DNA from: an uncultured Chloroflexia bacterium
Lineage (GTDB): Bacteria; Chloroflexota; Limnocylindria; Limnocylindrales; CSP1-4
Direction of reading: 5' to 3'
Length of the DNA: 64,000 bases
Assembly (NCBI GenBank): GCA_963778645.1
Contig: CAVZVH010000025.1
Span: 18,789-82,788, forward strand
Shown here: piece by piece, positions 42,931 through 52,799 of the stretch
Position numbering within the stretch: the stretch's first letter is position 1
Layout: each line of letters begins with the position of its first letter
Notes under the pieces: generated by a model
Seen by the model: the letters and a program-made list of their open reading frames with translations, nothing else
Database searches by the model: none
Told to the model about the DNA's origin: nothing
Position numbers and translations under genes: made by a program

Positions 42931-43854
42931 ATGCGGTTCGGGCTCCAGCTCTGGTCCCAGCACACCGACTGGCCGGGCTTGCGCGACGCTGCCCGCTCGG
43001 CCGATGACGCCGGGTGGGACTCGATCTGGACGTGGGACCACCTATTGGCGATCTTCGGACCCTGGGAGCAGCCCATCTTCGAGGGGTGGAGCGTGCTGGC
43101 GGCCCTCGGTCCGATCACAGCGAAGGTCCGCCTCGGGCTGATGGTCGGCGCGAACACGATGCGCAACCCCGGCCTGACCGCCAAGCTCGCCACGACCCTC
43201 GACCACGTATCGGGTGGCCGGGCCATCCTCGGGATCGGCGGAGCCTGGTTCGAGCGTGAGCACGACGCCTACGGCATCGACTTCGGGGCCGGTGTCGGCG
43301 AGCGCCTCGACCGCCTGGACGAATCGGTCATGCTGCTGCGCCGCCTGCTCGACGGCGAGCGCTTCAGCCACGAGGGACGTTTCTACACGTTCCACGATGC
43401 CCTGTGCGAACCACGGCCGATCCAGCCACACCTGCCGATCCTGGTCGGCGGCTCGGGCCCGAAGAAGACGCTCAGGACGGTGGCCGAACGCGCCGATGCC
43501 TGGAATACGTCGGGGACGCTCGACGAAGTCCGGACCCGCCTCGAGATCCTGTCCGCACACGGTGCCGACGTAGGGCGAGACATCGGCGAGATCGAGATGA
43601 CCATCAGCTTCCCGATGCTCTTGCGAGACGACCGGGCGGCGGCCGAGGTCGCGTTTCGCGCGCTGCTCGACCACAACGGCGCGGACCACATGGGGCCGGG
43701 ACCCGTCTTGCTCGGTGCGCCGGCCGAAGTGGCCGACGCGCTGCGCCCGTACCGCGAGCTTGGCTTCGAGACGGTCATCGTCCGGATGCCCGGGCCATAC
43801 GACCCCGAGACCATCCGGCGGATGCCGGAGGTCCAGGAGCGGCTGCGGGCGTGA
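42931..43854 (+). CDS. LLM-class F420-dependent oxidoreductase
   Basis: MRFGLQLW, WDSIWTWDHLL, GLMVGANTMRNPGLTAKLATTLDHVSGGRAILGIGGAWFEREHDAYGIDF and ILVGGSGPKKTLR. Confidence 0.85.
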   Translation: MRFGLQLWSQHTDWPGLRDAARSADDAGWDSIWTWDHLLAIFGPWEQPIFEGWSVLAALGPITAKVRLGLMVGANTMRNPGLTAKLATTLDHVSGGRAILGIGGAWFEREHDAYGIDFGAGVGERLDRLDESVMLLRRLLDGERFSHEGRFYTFHDALCEPRPIQPHLPILVGGSGPKKTLRTVAERADAWNTSGTLDEVRTRLEILSAHGADVGRDIGEIEMTISFPMLLRDDRAAAEVAFRALLDHNGADHMGPGPVLLGAPAEVADALRPYRELGFETVIVRMPGPYDPETIRRMPEVQERLRA

Positions 43855-44822
43855 AGGTGGTCGTCCTCGCCGGCGGGACGGGCGGGGCGAAGCTCGCACA
43901 CGGCCTGCAGCAGGTGCTCCGGCCGGGCGAACTCACGGTCATCGTCAACACCGCCGACGACGTCGAGCGTCACGGCCTGCTCGTCATGCCCGACCACGAC
44001 TCGGTCATGTACATGCTCGCCGGTCTGTTCGACGACGAGCGGGGCTGGGGCGTCGTCGACGAGACGTGGGCAACGATGGCCATGCTCGAGCGGTACGGTG
44101 AGGAGGCCTGGTTCCGCCTTGGCGACCGGGACTTCGCCACGCACATCGCTCGCACCGCACGGCTTCGGGCAGGTCGATCGCTCACCGAGGCCGTCATGGA
44201 GTTGCAGCGGGCGCTCGGCATCCCGAGCACGATCCTGCCGATGGCCGACGAGCCCGTTCGCACGCAGGTCCGGACCGATGACGGCTGGCTCGAATTCCAG
44301 GAGTACTTCGTCCGCCGACACCAGGCGCCCGATGTCCACGAGGTCCGACATGCCGGCATCGAGAGCGCACGGCCGACGCCCCAGGTCCGGGCGGCATTGG
44401 GCGGAGCCGACGTGATCGTCATCGGGCCATCGAACCCGATCGTCTCGCTCGGGCCGATCCTCGCCGTCCCGGCCGTGACGGAATTGCTCGGCCGGGCGCG
44501 CGTGCGGGCGCCGGTCGTCGCGGTGAGCGGCATCGTCGGCGGCAAGGCCCTGAAAGGCCCGGCTGACCGGATGCTGACCTCGCTCGGCCACGAATCGAGC
44601 GCCGCGGGCGTTGCCGCGATCCTGGCGCCACACGCCGATGGCTTCGTGCTCGATCGGGTCGACGCCTCCCTGGAGCCGGCGATCGCCGCGCTGGGGCTGC
44701 AGACCCTCGTGACGGACACGATCATGGCCGATGTCCACGGCCGGGCGCGGCTGGCCCAGGCGGTGCTGACGTTCGCCCTCCCACCGGCCGACGAGGAGGG
44801 GTCTGTACCATCGGGAGCGTGA
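43851..44822 (+). CDS. cofD: 2-phospho-L-lactate transferase (F420 biosynthesis)
   Basis: The GTG start overlaps the LLM stop (GTGA). VVVLAGGTGGAKLAHGL, IVNTADD, MPDHDSVMYMLAG, WFRLGDRD, IGPSNPIVSLGPIL and SGIVGGKALKGPA. Confidence 0.9.
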   Translation: MKVVVLAGGTGGAKLAHGLQQVLRPGELTVIVNTADDVERHGLLVMPDHDSVMYMLAGLFDDERGWGVVDETWATMAMLERYGEEAWFRLGDRDFATHIARTARLRAGRSLTEAVMELQRALGIPSTILPMADEPVRTQVRTDDGWLEFQEYFVRRHQAPDVHEVRHAGIESARPTPQVRAALGGADVIVIGPSNPIVSLGPILAVPAVTELLGRARVRAPVVAVSGIVGGKALKGPADRMLTSLGHESSAAGVAAILAPHADGFVLDRVDASLEPAIAALGLQTLVTDTIMADVHGRARLAQAVLTFALPPADEEGSVPSGA

Positions 44823-45463
44823 CCAGTCCGGACCCGCGCCTCGGGGCACCTCACGTCGCCGCCATCATCCCGGTCGGGACGCTCGAAGGCGCCAAGACCC
44901 GGCTCGCCGGCTCGCTGGACGCCGAGGAGCGCCATGACCTGGTGACCGGGCTGCTCAGCCGGACCGTGGTGGCCGCCCTGGCCGTGGACCGCCTTGCCGA
45001 CGTCGTGGTCGTCAGCCCGGACCGGGGAGTCCTTCGGCTGGCGGCCGATCTCGGGGCTCGCACCCTGCGTCAGCGCTCGGACGGCCTCAACGCGGGGCTC
45101 CTCGAGGCGCGCGATGACGTCACGGCCGGCGGCGCCGAGGCCGTCGTGGTCGTGCCGGTCGACCTGCCGTTCGTGACGGCCGGGGCGATCGACGCCCTCG
45201 TCGAGGCGCTCGTCGCGGACGAGCCGGCTGTCGTGCTCGTGACCGACCGCCACGCGACCGGCACCAACGCGCTCGGCCTCCGGCCGCCCGATGTCATCGA
45301 CTTCGCGTTCGGGCCGGACAGCCGGGGCGCCCATCGAGCGCGCGCGGATGCCGCCGGCGCTCGCTACACGGAGATCGGCGGCCCACTCGGGATCGACCTG
45401 GACACGCCCGAGGACCTGGTCCTCGTCGAATCGACGTCGCCGGAGCGTCTCGGTGTCGGTTGA
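44819..45463 (+). CDS. cofC: 2-phospho-L-lactate (or PEP-derived) guanylyltransferase
   Basis: GTGA overlap with cofD. AIIPVGTLEGAKTRLA, VVVVSPD, VVVPVDLPFV and DRHATGTNAL. Confidence 0.85.
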   Translation: MTSPDPRLGAPHVAAIIPVGTLEGAKTRLAGSLDAEERHDLVTGLLSRTVVAALAVDRLADVVVVSPDRGVLRLAADLGARTLRQRSDGLNAGLLEARDDVTAGGAEAVVVVPVDLPFVTAGAIDALVEALVADEPAVVLVTDRHATGTNALGLRPPDVIDFAFGPDSRGAHRARADAAGARYTEIGGPLGIDLDTPEDLVLVESTSPERLGVG

Positions 45464-46262
45464 GCGACCGGTCGGAGGCGGCTCGCCGGACTCGGCGGCG
45501 GCCTCGATCTCGGTCCTGGCGCTCGAAGGGATCCCCGAGGTTCGCCTCGGCGACGACCTGCCGGCCCTCATCGGGGACGCGATCTCGGGCACGCCAGACG
45601 CGCTGCCACTCCGCGACGACGACGTCCTGGTCGTCACCCAGAAGGTCGTCTCCAAGGCCGAAGGCGCCATCGTGGAGCTCGATACCGTCGAGCCGCGCCC
45701 GGAGGCGGTGGAGTTCGCCGAGGAGTTCGATCGCGACGCCCGTCAGATCGAGGTCGTCCTCCGGGAGGCTCGGCGGGTCGTGCGGATGACCGAAGGGGTG
45801 CTCATCACCGAAACGCCCCACGGGTTCGTGTGCGCGAACGGCGGCGTCGACGCCTCGAACGTCGGCCCCCACTCCGGTGCCCTGGTGACGCTGCTGCCGC
45901 GCGACCCCGACGCCTCGGCCGCGCGGATCCGGACCTCCCTGCGCAACCGGTTCGGCCGTGACGTGCCGGTCATCGTCTCGGACTCGTTCGGACGGCCGTG
46001 GCGCTGGGGCATCGTCGATGTCGCGATCGGCGTGTCAGGTCTGCTCCCACTCGACGACCTGCGGGGCGTCCCCGACGCCGACGGTCGGGTGATGCGATCC
46101 ACCGTGCGAGCCGTCGCGGACGAGCTGGCCTCGGCCGCCGAGCTGGTGCTCGGCAAGACTGCGGCGCGCCCCGTGGCGATCGTCCGGGGAGCGGCCTTCA
46201 CGCGTGGCGAGGGCACGATCCGCGACCTGGTGATGCCGGCGGCGAACGACCTCTTCCGCTGA
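45453..46262 (+). CDS. cofE: F420-0:gamma-glutamyl ligase, stand-alone form
   Basis: GTG at 45453 overlaps the cofC 3' end. IPEVRLGDDL, DDDVLVVTQKVVSKAEG, GFVCANGGVDASN, VSDSFGRPWRWG and PVAIVRG. About 269 aa, with no extra C-terminal domain in frame. Confidence 0.85.
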   Translation: MSVERPVGGGSPDSAAASISVLALEGIPEVRLGDDLPALIGDAISGTPDALPLRDDDVLVVTQKVVSKAEGAIVELDTVEPRPEAVEFAEEFDRDARQIEVVLREARRVVRMTEGVLITETPHGFVCANGGVDASNVGPHSGALVTLLPRDPDASAARIRTSLRNRFGRDVPVIVSDSFGRPWRWGIVDVAIGVSGLLPLDDLRGVPDADGRVMRSTVRAVADELASAAELVLGKTAARPVAIVRGAAFTRGEGTIRDLVMPAANDLFR

Positions 46263-46440
46263 AGTCGCTTCGTCTCCGACGCGAATGTCGCTCGAAGCGT
46301 TGTCTGGCACGCCGAAATCGCGCATACGCTCCTCGAGTCCCGGAGCGCGCCACCGAACGCTGACATCCGGCATATGGGCTATCCGGCTATGGGGCCAAGC
46401 GGTGGTGGAGGTACGCACCACTGACGCCTAGTGTCTCGGG

Positions 46441-49299
46441 GTGGACAGCCCCGCTTCCCAGCCGAACCGGGCAACGGCGACCACGGGTGCGACCGTGCCC
46501 CCCGTGGCTGGCGAGCACGACCGCCGCTTGCCCCCATGGCCCATGCACGTGCGACCCTGGCCGCCTGACCTCGTCCCCGAGGCGATCGTCCTGCGAGTCG
46601 GGCTCGCCATCGTCGGTCTGTTCATGCTCCTCACCGCGCTCGACCTCGGTGGCCAGGTCGTGCTGTGGGAGAACGCCCACTGGACGACCGCCGGCGGTCT
46701 CGCCGCCCTGTACGCCGCCCTGATCGCCCGCAAGGCGTCCGGCATGGACCGCCGGATCGCCATCCTGGTGGCCTTGGGGACTGGGGCCTGGTTCATCGGC
46801 CAGATGGCATGGGTCATCCAGACGGCGGTCGGCTACTTCAACGTGCCAGCCCCGTCGGATGTCGGCTTCCTCATGATCGCGCCGCCGATCATCGTGGCCT
46901 TCGTGATCGCCGTCTACGGACGGCTGGCCAAGGCTGAGGAGGTCGCGGTCTACTTCGATGCGATGGCGATCTTCCTCGCCCTCACGGCCATCATCCTGGC
47001 CATCTACGGCGAACAGGTCGGCGCCGGCGAGACCATCCAGGGGATCGTTGCGATCGCCTACCCGATCGTCCATCTCGCCGCGGCGGCCGCGGGCCTGGTC
47101 GCCCTGCTGGCGGCTCGGGCCGCGCCCCGCGGCGGCGGCTACCTGTTGCTGATCGGCCTCGCGATCCTCGGGTTCGCGTGGGTCGACTGGCTGCGCCAGG
47201 CCGTCGTCGCGTTGCCCGCCGCTGGAAACCCCGGCAACTACGCGTTCTCGGTCGGGATGATCGCGGTCGGGGTCGGAGCCACCAGTTGGCGCCTCGGGGA
47301 GGGCCACGGTCGCTGGTTCCGCGAAGTCTCAGCGGTCGTGCTTGGCGTGCTGCCGCTCGTGGCCCTGCTGGCGAGTGCCGTGACCCTGGGCGTCCGGCAT
47401 CAGATCTCGAGCGAGTTGGGTCCGATCGAGCTGTGCTCGCTCGCCGTCATCCTTCTGGCCGGCCTCCGGCAATCGTTCCTGGTCCACGAGCGCGGTCGCC
47501 TGCTCGATGACTCGCGGGAGTCCCGTGACGACCTTGAGATCGCGCTCCTCCAACGCGCCGAGGCGGACTCGCGCTACCAGACGCTGGTCGAGCGGGTGCC
47601 GGCCGCGGTCTACATCGACGTGGCCGACCCGGGTGTCACCGATGGCGGGCACCTCGCCTACATGAGCCCCCAGATCGAGGCCATCCTGGGCTACCCACCC
47701 GAGGCCTTCCTCGAGGACCCGGAGCTGTGGCCGCGGCTCACCCACCCCGACGACCTGCCGACGACACTCGCCGCGCTCGCCGAGCACTGGAAGACCGAAC
47801 AGCCCCTTCGCCTGGATTACCGGATGATTGCGTCGGATGGCACCATCGTCTGGGTGCACGACGAGGCGTACGCGATGCGCGACGAGACGACCGGCGGCCG
47901 CCGCGTCTCGCAGGGCCTGTTGGTGGACACGACCGAACAGAAGCGCCTCGAGGCGCAGCTCCTCCACGACGCCTTCCACGATCCGCTCACCGGTCTCGCC
48001 AACCGGGCCCTCTTCCGCGAGCACCTGGATCGGGCGCTCGATCGGTCGCGTCGGCGTCGGGCGGGGGTCGCGGTGCTGTTCCTCGACATCGACGACTTCA
48101 AGGTCGTCAACGACTCCCTCGGGCACGGCGCCGGCGACCGCCTCCTGGTCGAGGTCGCCGAGCGACTCACGAGCACGATCCGGGCCGACGACATCGCCGC
48201 CCGCCAGGGTGGCGATGAATTCACGATCCTGGTCGAGCGCGTCAACAGCGAGGAAGAGGCCGTCGTGCTGGCCGAGCGGCTGGCCGCAGCGATCCGCCGC
48301 CCCATCCTGCTCGAGGGCCGTCCGCTCGTCGTCGGCGTGAGCATCGGGATCGCCCTCGGGCGTGGCCGCAATGCGATCGCCGGGGACTTGCTGGCTCATG
48401 CCGATGCCGCGATGTACGCGGCCAAGGACCAGGGCAAGGGGCGGCACGTCGTCTTCGACCCGTCGATGCAGCGACGCGCCCAGAGCCGCCTCGAGATGGA
48501 GACCGAGCTTCGGGCCGCCATCGAGGCCGAGGCGTTCGAGGTCCACTATCAGCCCATCGTCGAGCTGCAGTCGCACGAGATCGTCGGGTTCGAGGCGCTC
48601 GTGCGCTGGCGTCACCCTGACCGTGGGCTGATGCCGCCCGGCGAGTTCATCCCGCTCGCCGAGGCGACCGGGCTGATCGTGCCACTCGGGAAGCTCGTCA
48701 CCACGACCGCGTGCCGCCAACTCCGGGCGTGGCGCGATGCGGGGATCGGTCGCCCGGACCTGACGATCAGCGTGAACGCCTCGGCCCGGCAGGTGGTCGA
48801 GCCCGGCTTCGGCGCCGAGGTCCGCGACATCCTGCTCGAATCCGCGCTCGAACCGTCGGCGCTGGAACTGGAGATCACCGAGTCGCTGACGATGCGGGAG
48901 ACCGCGACCGGCGACGGCGCGCTGCGCCAGTTGCACGAGCTGGGGGTACGGCTCGCCATCGACGACTTCGGGACCGGGTTCAGCGCCCTCGAATACTTCA
49001 AGCGGTTCGCCGTCCACGGCCTGAAGATCGACCGCTCGTTCGTGGGCGGCCTCGGGGCGTCCCGGGAGGACACCGCGATCGTCACCGCGACGCTGTCGTT
49101 CGCATCGGCGCTGGGGCTGATCGTGACGGCCGAGGGCGTCGAGATGCCGCACCAGCTGGAGCGCCTGGAGGCGCTTGGCTGCCACCGTGCCCAGGGGTTC
49201 CTGTTCTCGCCCGCGGTGCCCGCACCGGAGGTTCCCGCCCTGTTCGGAAAGATCCGGCCACGTTCGGCCCCCGCCCCCGCGGGCGACCAGGTCGCGTAG
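46441..49299 (+). CDS. Membrane-bound PAS-GGDEF-EAL protein (diguanylate cyclase/phosphodiesterase)
   Basis: The N-terminal half has multiple TM segments. PAS segment YMSPQIEAILGYPPE..HPDD. GGDEF region DPLTGLANRALF..FLDIDDFKVVND..ARQGGDEFTIL. EAL region YQPIVEL..GFEALVRW, ELEITES, DDFGTGFSAL, LKIDRSF and AEGVE. The start may be ATG 46543. Confidence 0.9.
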   Translation: MDSPASQPNRATATTGATVPPVAGEHDRRLPPWPMHVRPWPPDLVPEAIVLRVGLAIVGLFMLLTALDLGGQVVLWENAHWTTAGGLAALYAALIARKASGMDRRIAILVALGTGAWFIGQMAWVIQTAVGYFNVPAPSDVGFLMIAPPIIVAFVIAVYGRLAKAEEVAVYFDAMAIFLALTAIILAIYGEQVGAGETIQGIVAIAYPIVHLAAAAAGLVALLAARAAPRGGGYLLLIGLAILGFAWVDWLRQAVVALPAAGNPGNYAFSVGMIAVGVGATSWRLGEGHGRWFREVSAVVLGVLPLVALLASAVTLGVRHQISSELGPIELCSLAVILLAGLRQSFLVHERGRLLDDSRESRDDLEIALLQRAEADSRYQTLVERVPAAVYIDVADPGVTDGGHLAYMSPQIEAILGYPPEAFLEDPELWPRLTHPDDLPTTLAALAEHWKTEQPLRLDYRMIASDGTIVWVHDEAYAMRDETTGGRRVSQGLLVDTTEQKRLEAQLLHDAFHDPLTGLANRALFREHLDRALDRSRRRRAGVAVLFLDIDDFKVVNDSLGHGAGDRLLVEVAERLTSTIRADDIAARQGGDEFTILVERVNSEEEAVVLAERLAAAIRRPILLEGRPLVVGVSIGIALGRGRNAIAGDLLAHADAAMYAAKDQGKGRHVVFDPSMQRRAQSRLEMETELRAAIEAEAFEVHYQPIVELQSHEIVGFEALVRWRHPDRGLMPPGEFIPLAEATGLIVPLGKLVTTTACRQLRAWRDAGIGRPDLTISVNASARQVVEPGFGAEVRDILLESALEPSALELEITESLTMRETATGDGALRQLHELGVRLAIDDFGTGFSALEYFKRFAVHGLKIDRSFVGGLGASREDTAIVTATLSFASALGLIVTAEGVEMPHQLERLEALGCHRAQGFLFSPAVPAPEVPALFGKIRPRSAPAPAGDQVA

Positions 49300-49342
49300 G
49301 TTCGACTCGAGCCTCGGTCCGGTCCCGTGCTCTTGGGCTCGG

Positions 49343-49753
49343 CTAGCGCCGGGCCAGGATCCGACGGAGCTTGCGCCTGACCCGGCCGATGAACGGCGGC
49401 CGCCGGTGCACCCAGACCTTGCGGACGTAGCTCGGGACGACCCACGACATTCGCTCTCCGGCCGGCGTGTAGAACACGTCGCCCGCGCGGAGGACGTGCG
49501 TCTTGCCAGCGGCGGTCACCTCCGCTTCACCTTCGAGGATGTACGCCCATTCGTCGGTCGCGAACACGAAGTCCTTCTGGCCCGCAGAACTATCCCAGAC
49601 GCCGCTGCGAAGCCCGCCGTCGGACGCCTCCAGGCGGGCCACCGAGCGAGTGACCGGCGCACCAGGGCCGCCGCCCGCACCGCCATCGCCGAAGTCGCTG
49701 TCGGGTTTCGCGGGCGATGCGAGGTCCACGTCGGCCGGTCGAAAGGTCTTCAT
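49343..49753 (-). CDS. Cupin (DUF861/EutQ-like) protein
   Basis: ATG at 49753. LRSGVWDSSAGQKDFVFATDEWAYILEGEAEVTAAGKTHVLRAGDVFYTPAG. Confidence 0.75.
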   Translation of the reverse strand: MKTFRPADVDLASPAKPDSDFGDGGAGGGPGAPVTRSVARLEASDGGLRSGVWDSSAGQKDFVFATDEWAYILEGEAEVTAAGKTHVLRAGDVFYTPAGERMSWVVPSYVRKVWVHRRPPFIGRVRRKLRRILARR

Positions 49754-49818
49754 GCCGTGCCAGCGTACCGAACGGTCCCGGTCCGCGCACGCCCGATACC
49801 CGCTACGCTCGCGACGAC

Positions 49819-50715
49819 ATGAAGCTCGGTCTGCAGATCTCATCGTTCTCCTGGCCAGGCGGACCGGAACAGATCGGCCCGACCTTGGCCCGGATCGTCC
49901 GCCAGGCGGACGACGTCGGATTCGACTCGATCTGGGTGATGGACCACTTCTTCCAGATCCGTGGCGTCGGGAGGCCCGAGGAGCCGATGCTCGAGGGCAT
50001 GACCGCCCTTGGGTTCATGGCCGCCCACTCCAGTCGGGCCCGGCTGGGCCTGATGGTCGGGGGCGTCCACTATCGGCTCCCCGGTCTGTGGGTCAAGGCG
50101 ACGACCACGCTCGACGTCTTGTCCGGTGGCCGGGCCTGGCTCGGGATCGGCGCGGCCTGGAACGAGGAGGAGTCGAGGAGCCTGGGCTTTCCGTTCCCGC
50201 CCCTCGGCGAGCGTTTCGCCATGCTCGAGGAGACGCTCCAGATCGCCCACGAGATGTGGTCCGGCGACCGAGGCACCGAGGCGGCGTTCGAAGGCCGCCA
50301 CTTCCAGGCGAGGCGCCTCCTCAACTCACCACAGTCACTGTCACGGCCCAGGGTGCCGATCATGATCGGTGGGGGTGGCGAGAAGAAGACCCTCCGCCTC
50401 GTGGCGCAGTATGCGGACGCCTGCAACGTGTTCGGGACACCCGAGGCGATCGCCCGCAAGTACGCGATCCTGGCCGAGCATTGCGCCGCGGTCGGTCGAG
50501 ATCCCGACGAGATCGAACGCTCGACCCTCCAGAACTTCCGCATCTCGGCCGACGGCGTCGTCGGGACCGAGTCGGCTGCCCAGATCGTCGATCGGTTCGG
50601 CGACCTCTCCGATGCCGGCGCTCAGCACGTCATCGTCAGCATGCCGAACGCCACCGACCCGGCGGCACTCGACGCCGTCGGGCGCGACGTCATCCCCGCC
50701 ATGCATCGCCTCTGA
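49819..50715 (+). CDS. LLM-class F420-dependent oxidoreductase (Rv1855c-like)
   Basis: MKLGLQISSFSWPGG, FDSIWVMDHFFQI, LGLMVGGVHYRLPGLWVKATTTLDVLSGGRAWLGIGAAWNEEES and IMIGGGGEKKTLR. Confidence 0.9.
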   Translation: MKLGLQISSFSWPGGPEQIGPTLARIVRQADDVGFDSIWVMDHFFQIRGVGRPEEPMLEGMTALGFMAAHSSRARLGLMVGGVHYRLPGLWVKATTTLDVLSGGRAWLGIGAAWNEEESRSLGFPFPPLGERFAMLEETLQIAHEMWSGDRGTEAAFEGRHFQARRLLNSPQSLSRPRVPIMIGGGGEKKTLRLVAQYADACNVFGTPEAIARKYAILAEHCAAVGRDPDEIERSTLQNFRISADGVVGTESAAQIVDRFGDLSDAGAQHVIVSMPNATDPAALDAVGRDVIPAMHRL

Positions 50716-50779
50716 TGTCCGTGCTCGACGCGACGTTAGATACCCCTGGGGAGTATGTCTTGCATGGTACGATGCCAGC

Positions 50780-51887
50780 ATGACGGACAAGCCTTCGGGC
50801 AACGGCACCGAGCCTGGGCAACTCGATCCATTCGGTGGGTTGACGATCTCGATGATCGATGCGCCCGAGGCCCTCAGCGACGCCACGCCGGTCACCCAGC
50901 CGGGTGGACCGACGACCTTCAGGTCGGGGGAGGGTCGCGTCGATGCCAAGCTGGTGATCGTGGGTTCGGGTCCGGCCGGGCTGACCGCGGCCATCTACGC
51001 GGCCAGGGCCAACCTCGAACCGATCGTCCTCGCCGGCTCCGCACCCGGCGGCCAGCTCATGCTCACCTCGGACGTCGAGAACTACCCTGGGTTTCCGGAT
51101 GGCATCCAGGGCCCTGACCTGATGGCCGCCTTCCGCGCCCAGGCTGCGCGCTTCGGCAGCCAGATCATCGACGTCGACATCGACCGGGTCGACTTCTCCG
51201 AGCGCCCGTTCCGCCTCTGGGCACGGGGGATCGAGTACCGAGCGCAGTCGGTGATCGTCGCGACCGGTGCATCGGCTCTGTGGCTCGGTCTCGACTCGGA
51301 GACTCGACTGCGCGGCCGTGGCGTGTCGGCGTGCGCCACGTGCGACGGGTTCTTCTTCCGCGACCGTGAGATCGCGGTCGTGGGCGGCGGCGACACGGCA
51401 TTCGAGGAGGCCACGTTCCTCACCCGATTCGCGACGAAGGTCCACCTGGTCCACCGCCGCGATTCGTTCCGTGCCTCGAAGATCATGATCGACCGGGCGG
51501 TGGCCCACCCGAAGATCGAGATCCACACGAACACGGCCGTCGAGGAGGTCCTGGGCACGGCCAAGGTGGAGGGCGTGCGGCTGCGCGACACGGTGACCGG
51601 CGAGGAGACGAGCATGTCGCTCGACGGCCTGTTCATCGCGATCGGCTATCGCCCCAACACGGAGGCCTTCCGCGACTGGCTCGAGGTCGACGAGGCAGGC
51701 TACCTCGTCATCCACGACGAGACCGGCTCGAAGGTCGATGGCGTGTTCATCGCCGGCGACGTGCACGACCATCGGTACCGGCAGGCCGTCACTGCTGCCG
51801 CCGACGGCTGCAAGGCCGCGATCGACGCCGAGCGCTGGCTGGAGTCCGAGGGCATCACCGAGATCCGCGACCGCCGCGGCCTGGTAG
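50780..51887 (+). CDS. trxB: Thioredoxin-disulfide reductase with a ~55-aa N-terminal extension; probable 1-nt frameshift just before the stop
   Basis: LVIVGSGPAGLTAAIYAARA, redox-active GVSACATCDGFFF, VVGGGDTAFEEATFLT and FIAGDVHD..YRQAVTAAADGCKAA. As written the frame has no stop for 2 kb. TAG 51885-51887 in the +1 frame lies 6 nt before the next start. Confidence 0.85.
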
Positions 51888-51893
51888 CCGGGC

Positions 51894-52613
51894 TTGTCGG
51901 AGGACGGCCGGTTCGCGGTCCTGCCGCGTCTCGGGATCTCGCCGACCGTCTACCGGCTGGTCCGCGAGGCGCTGGCGTCCGCGGTCGCCCGAGCCGAGGA
52001 GGCGTCGCCGGGGGCGGTGACGGCACTGGACGCCGGTTGCGGTCGGTCGTCCTCGCTACGCCGCTTTCGACGCCGCATCGGACGACTGGTCGGGGCAGAC
52101 ATCCACGCTCCCGACGTCCCGATCCCCTACCTCGACGAGTTCGCGATCGTCGACGTGTGCGGCCCCGCAGACGCGTTCGCGCCGGGCGCGTTCGACATCG
52201 TCCTCTCGAGCTTCACGCTGGAGCACTTCATCGATCCGCCGGCGGCCCTGGCGAACCTGCATCGGTGGCTCCGACCCGGAGGCACCCTGGTGGCGACCAC
52301 GGTGAACCGCCGACATCCGTTCGTCGACGCGTACCTCCGAATGCCGTCGGCATGGCGGGCGCGCGTGCAGCCCTGGGTCAAGGCGGAGGCCGCGGATGCC
52401 CATCCGCTCGTCGGGGCATGCAACGACCCGGCGGTCATCCGTTCACGGGTCGAGGCGGCCGGCTTCACCGATGTCTCGCTCCAGACGGTCGGCCACCTCG
52501 CGCGGGCGTGGGGCCGTCATTGGCCGACCTTCCTGCTGGGCCTGGCCGGGGACCTCCTGACGCGCGGGTCGCCCTCGCGCCGCTCGACGATCGTGATCGT
52601 GGCCAGGGCCTGA
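51894..52613 (+). CDS. Class I SAM-dependent methyltransferase
   Basis: TTG start. ALDAGCGRSSSL, FDIVLSSFTLEHF and LRPGGTLVATTVN. Confidence 0.8.
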   Translation: MSEDGRFAVLPRLGISPTVYRLVREALASAVARAEEASPGAVTALDAGCGRSSSLRRFRRRIGRLVGADIHAPDVPIPYLDEFAIVDVCGPADAFAPGAFDIVLSSFTLEHFIDPPAALANLHRWLRPGGTLVATTVNRRHPFVDAYLRMPSAWRARVQPWVKAEAADAHPLVGACNDPAVIRSRVEAAGFTDVSLQTVGHLARAWGRHWPTFLLGLAGDLLTRGSPSRRSTIVIVARA

Positions 52614-52799
52614 TCCGCTCGGGACCGCACCGCGCCGCGCATGCACGCAGGGTCGCGCTATGGATCGCCCGCCTATGCCTCCGACATGCATACCGACCGG
52701 AGGGCAGACCCGGCGCGGAAATCGTGCATAGATGCCGACTCGTGGTAGCGTCGGAGCGATGGATCAAAGGGCCAGCCGTCGCGACCGGGACGGCGCAGG

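Noticed and set aside
46262-46440. Lower-GC gap after cofE as a possible ncRNA or small minus-strand gene (MPDVSVRWRAPGLEERMRDFG...).
   Set aside because: It has only weak 6-bp stems and no terminator. The minus-strand ORF runs antisense into cofE and has no start-site signals. It most simply holds the promoter/5' region of the GGDEF-EAL gene.
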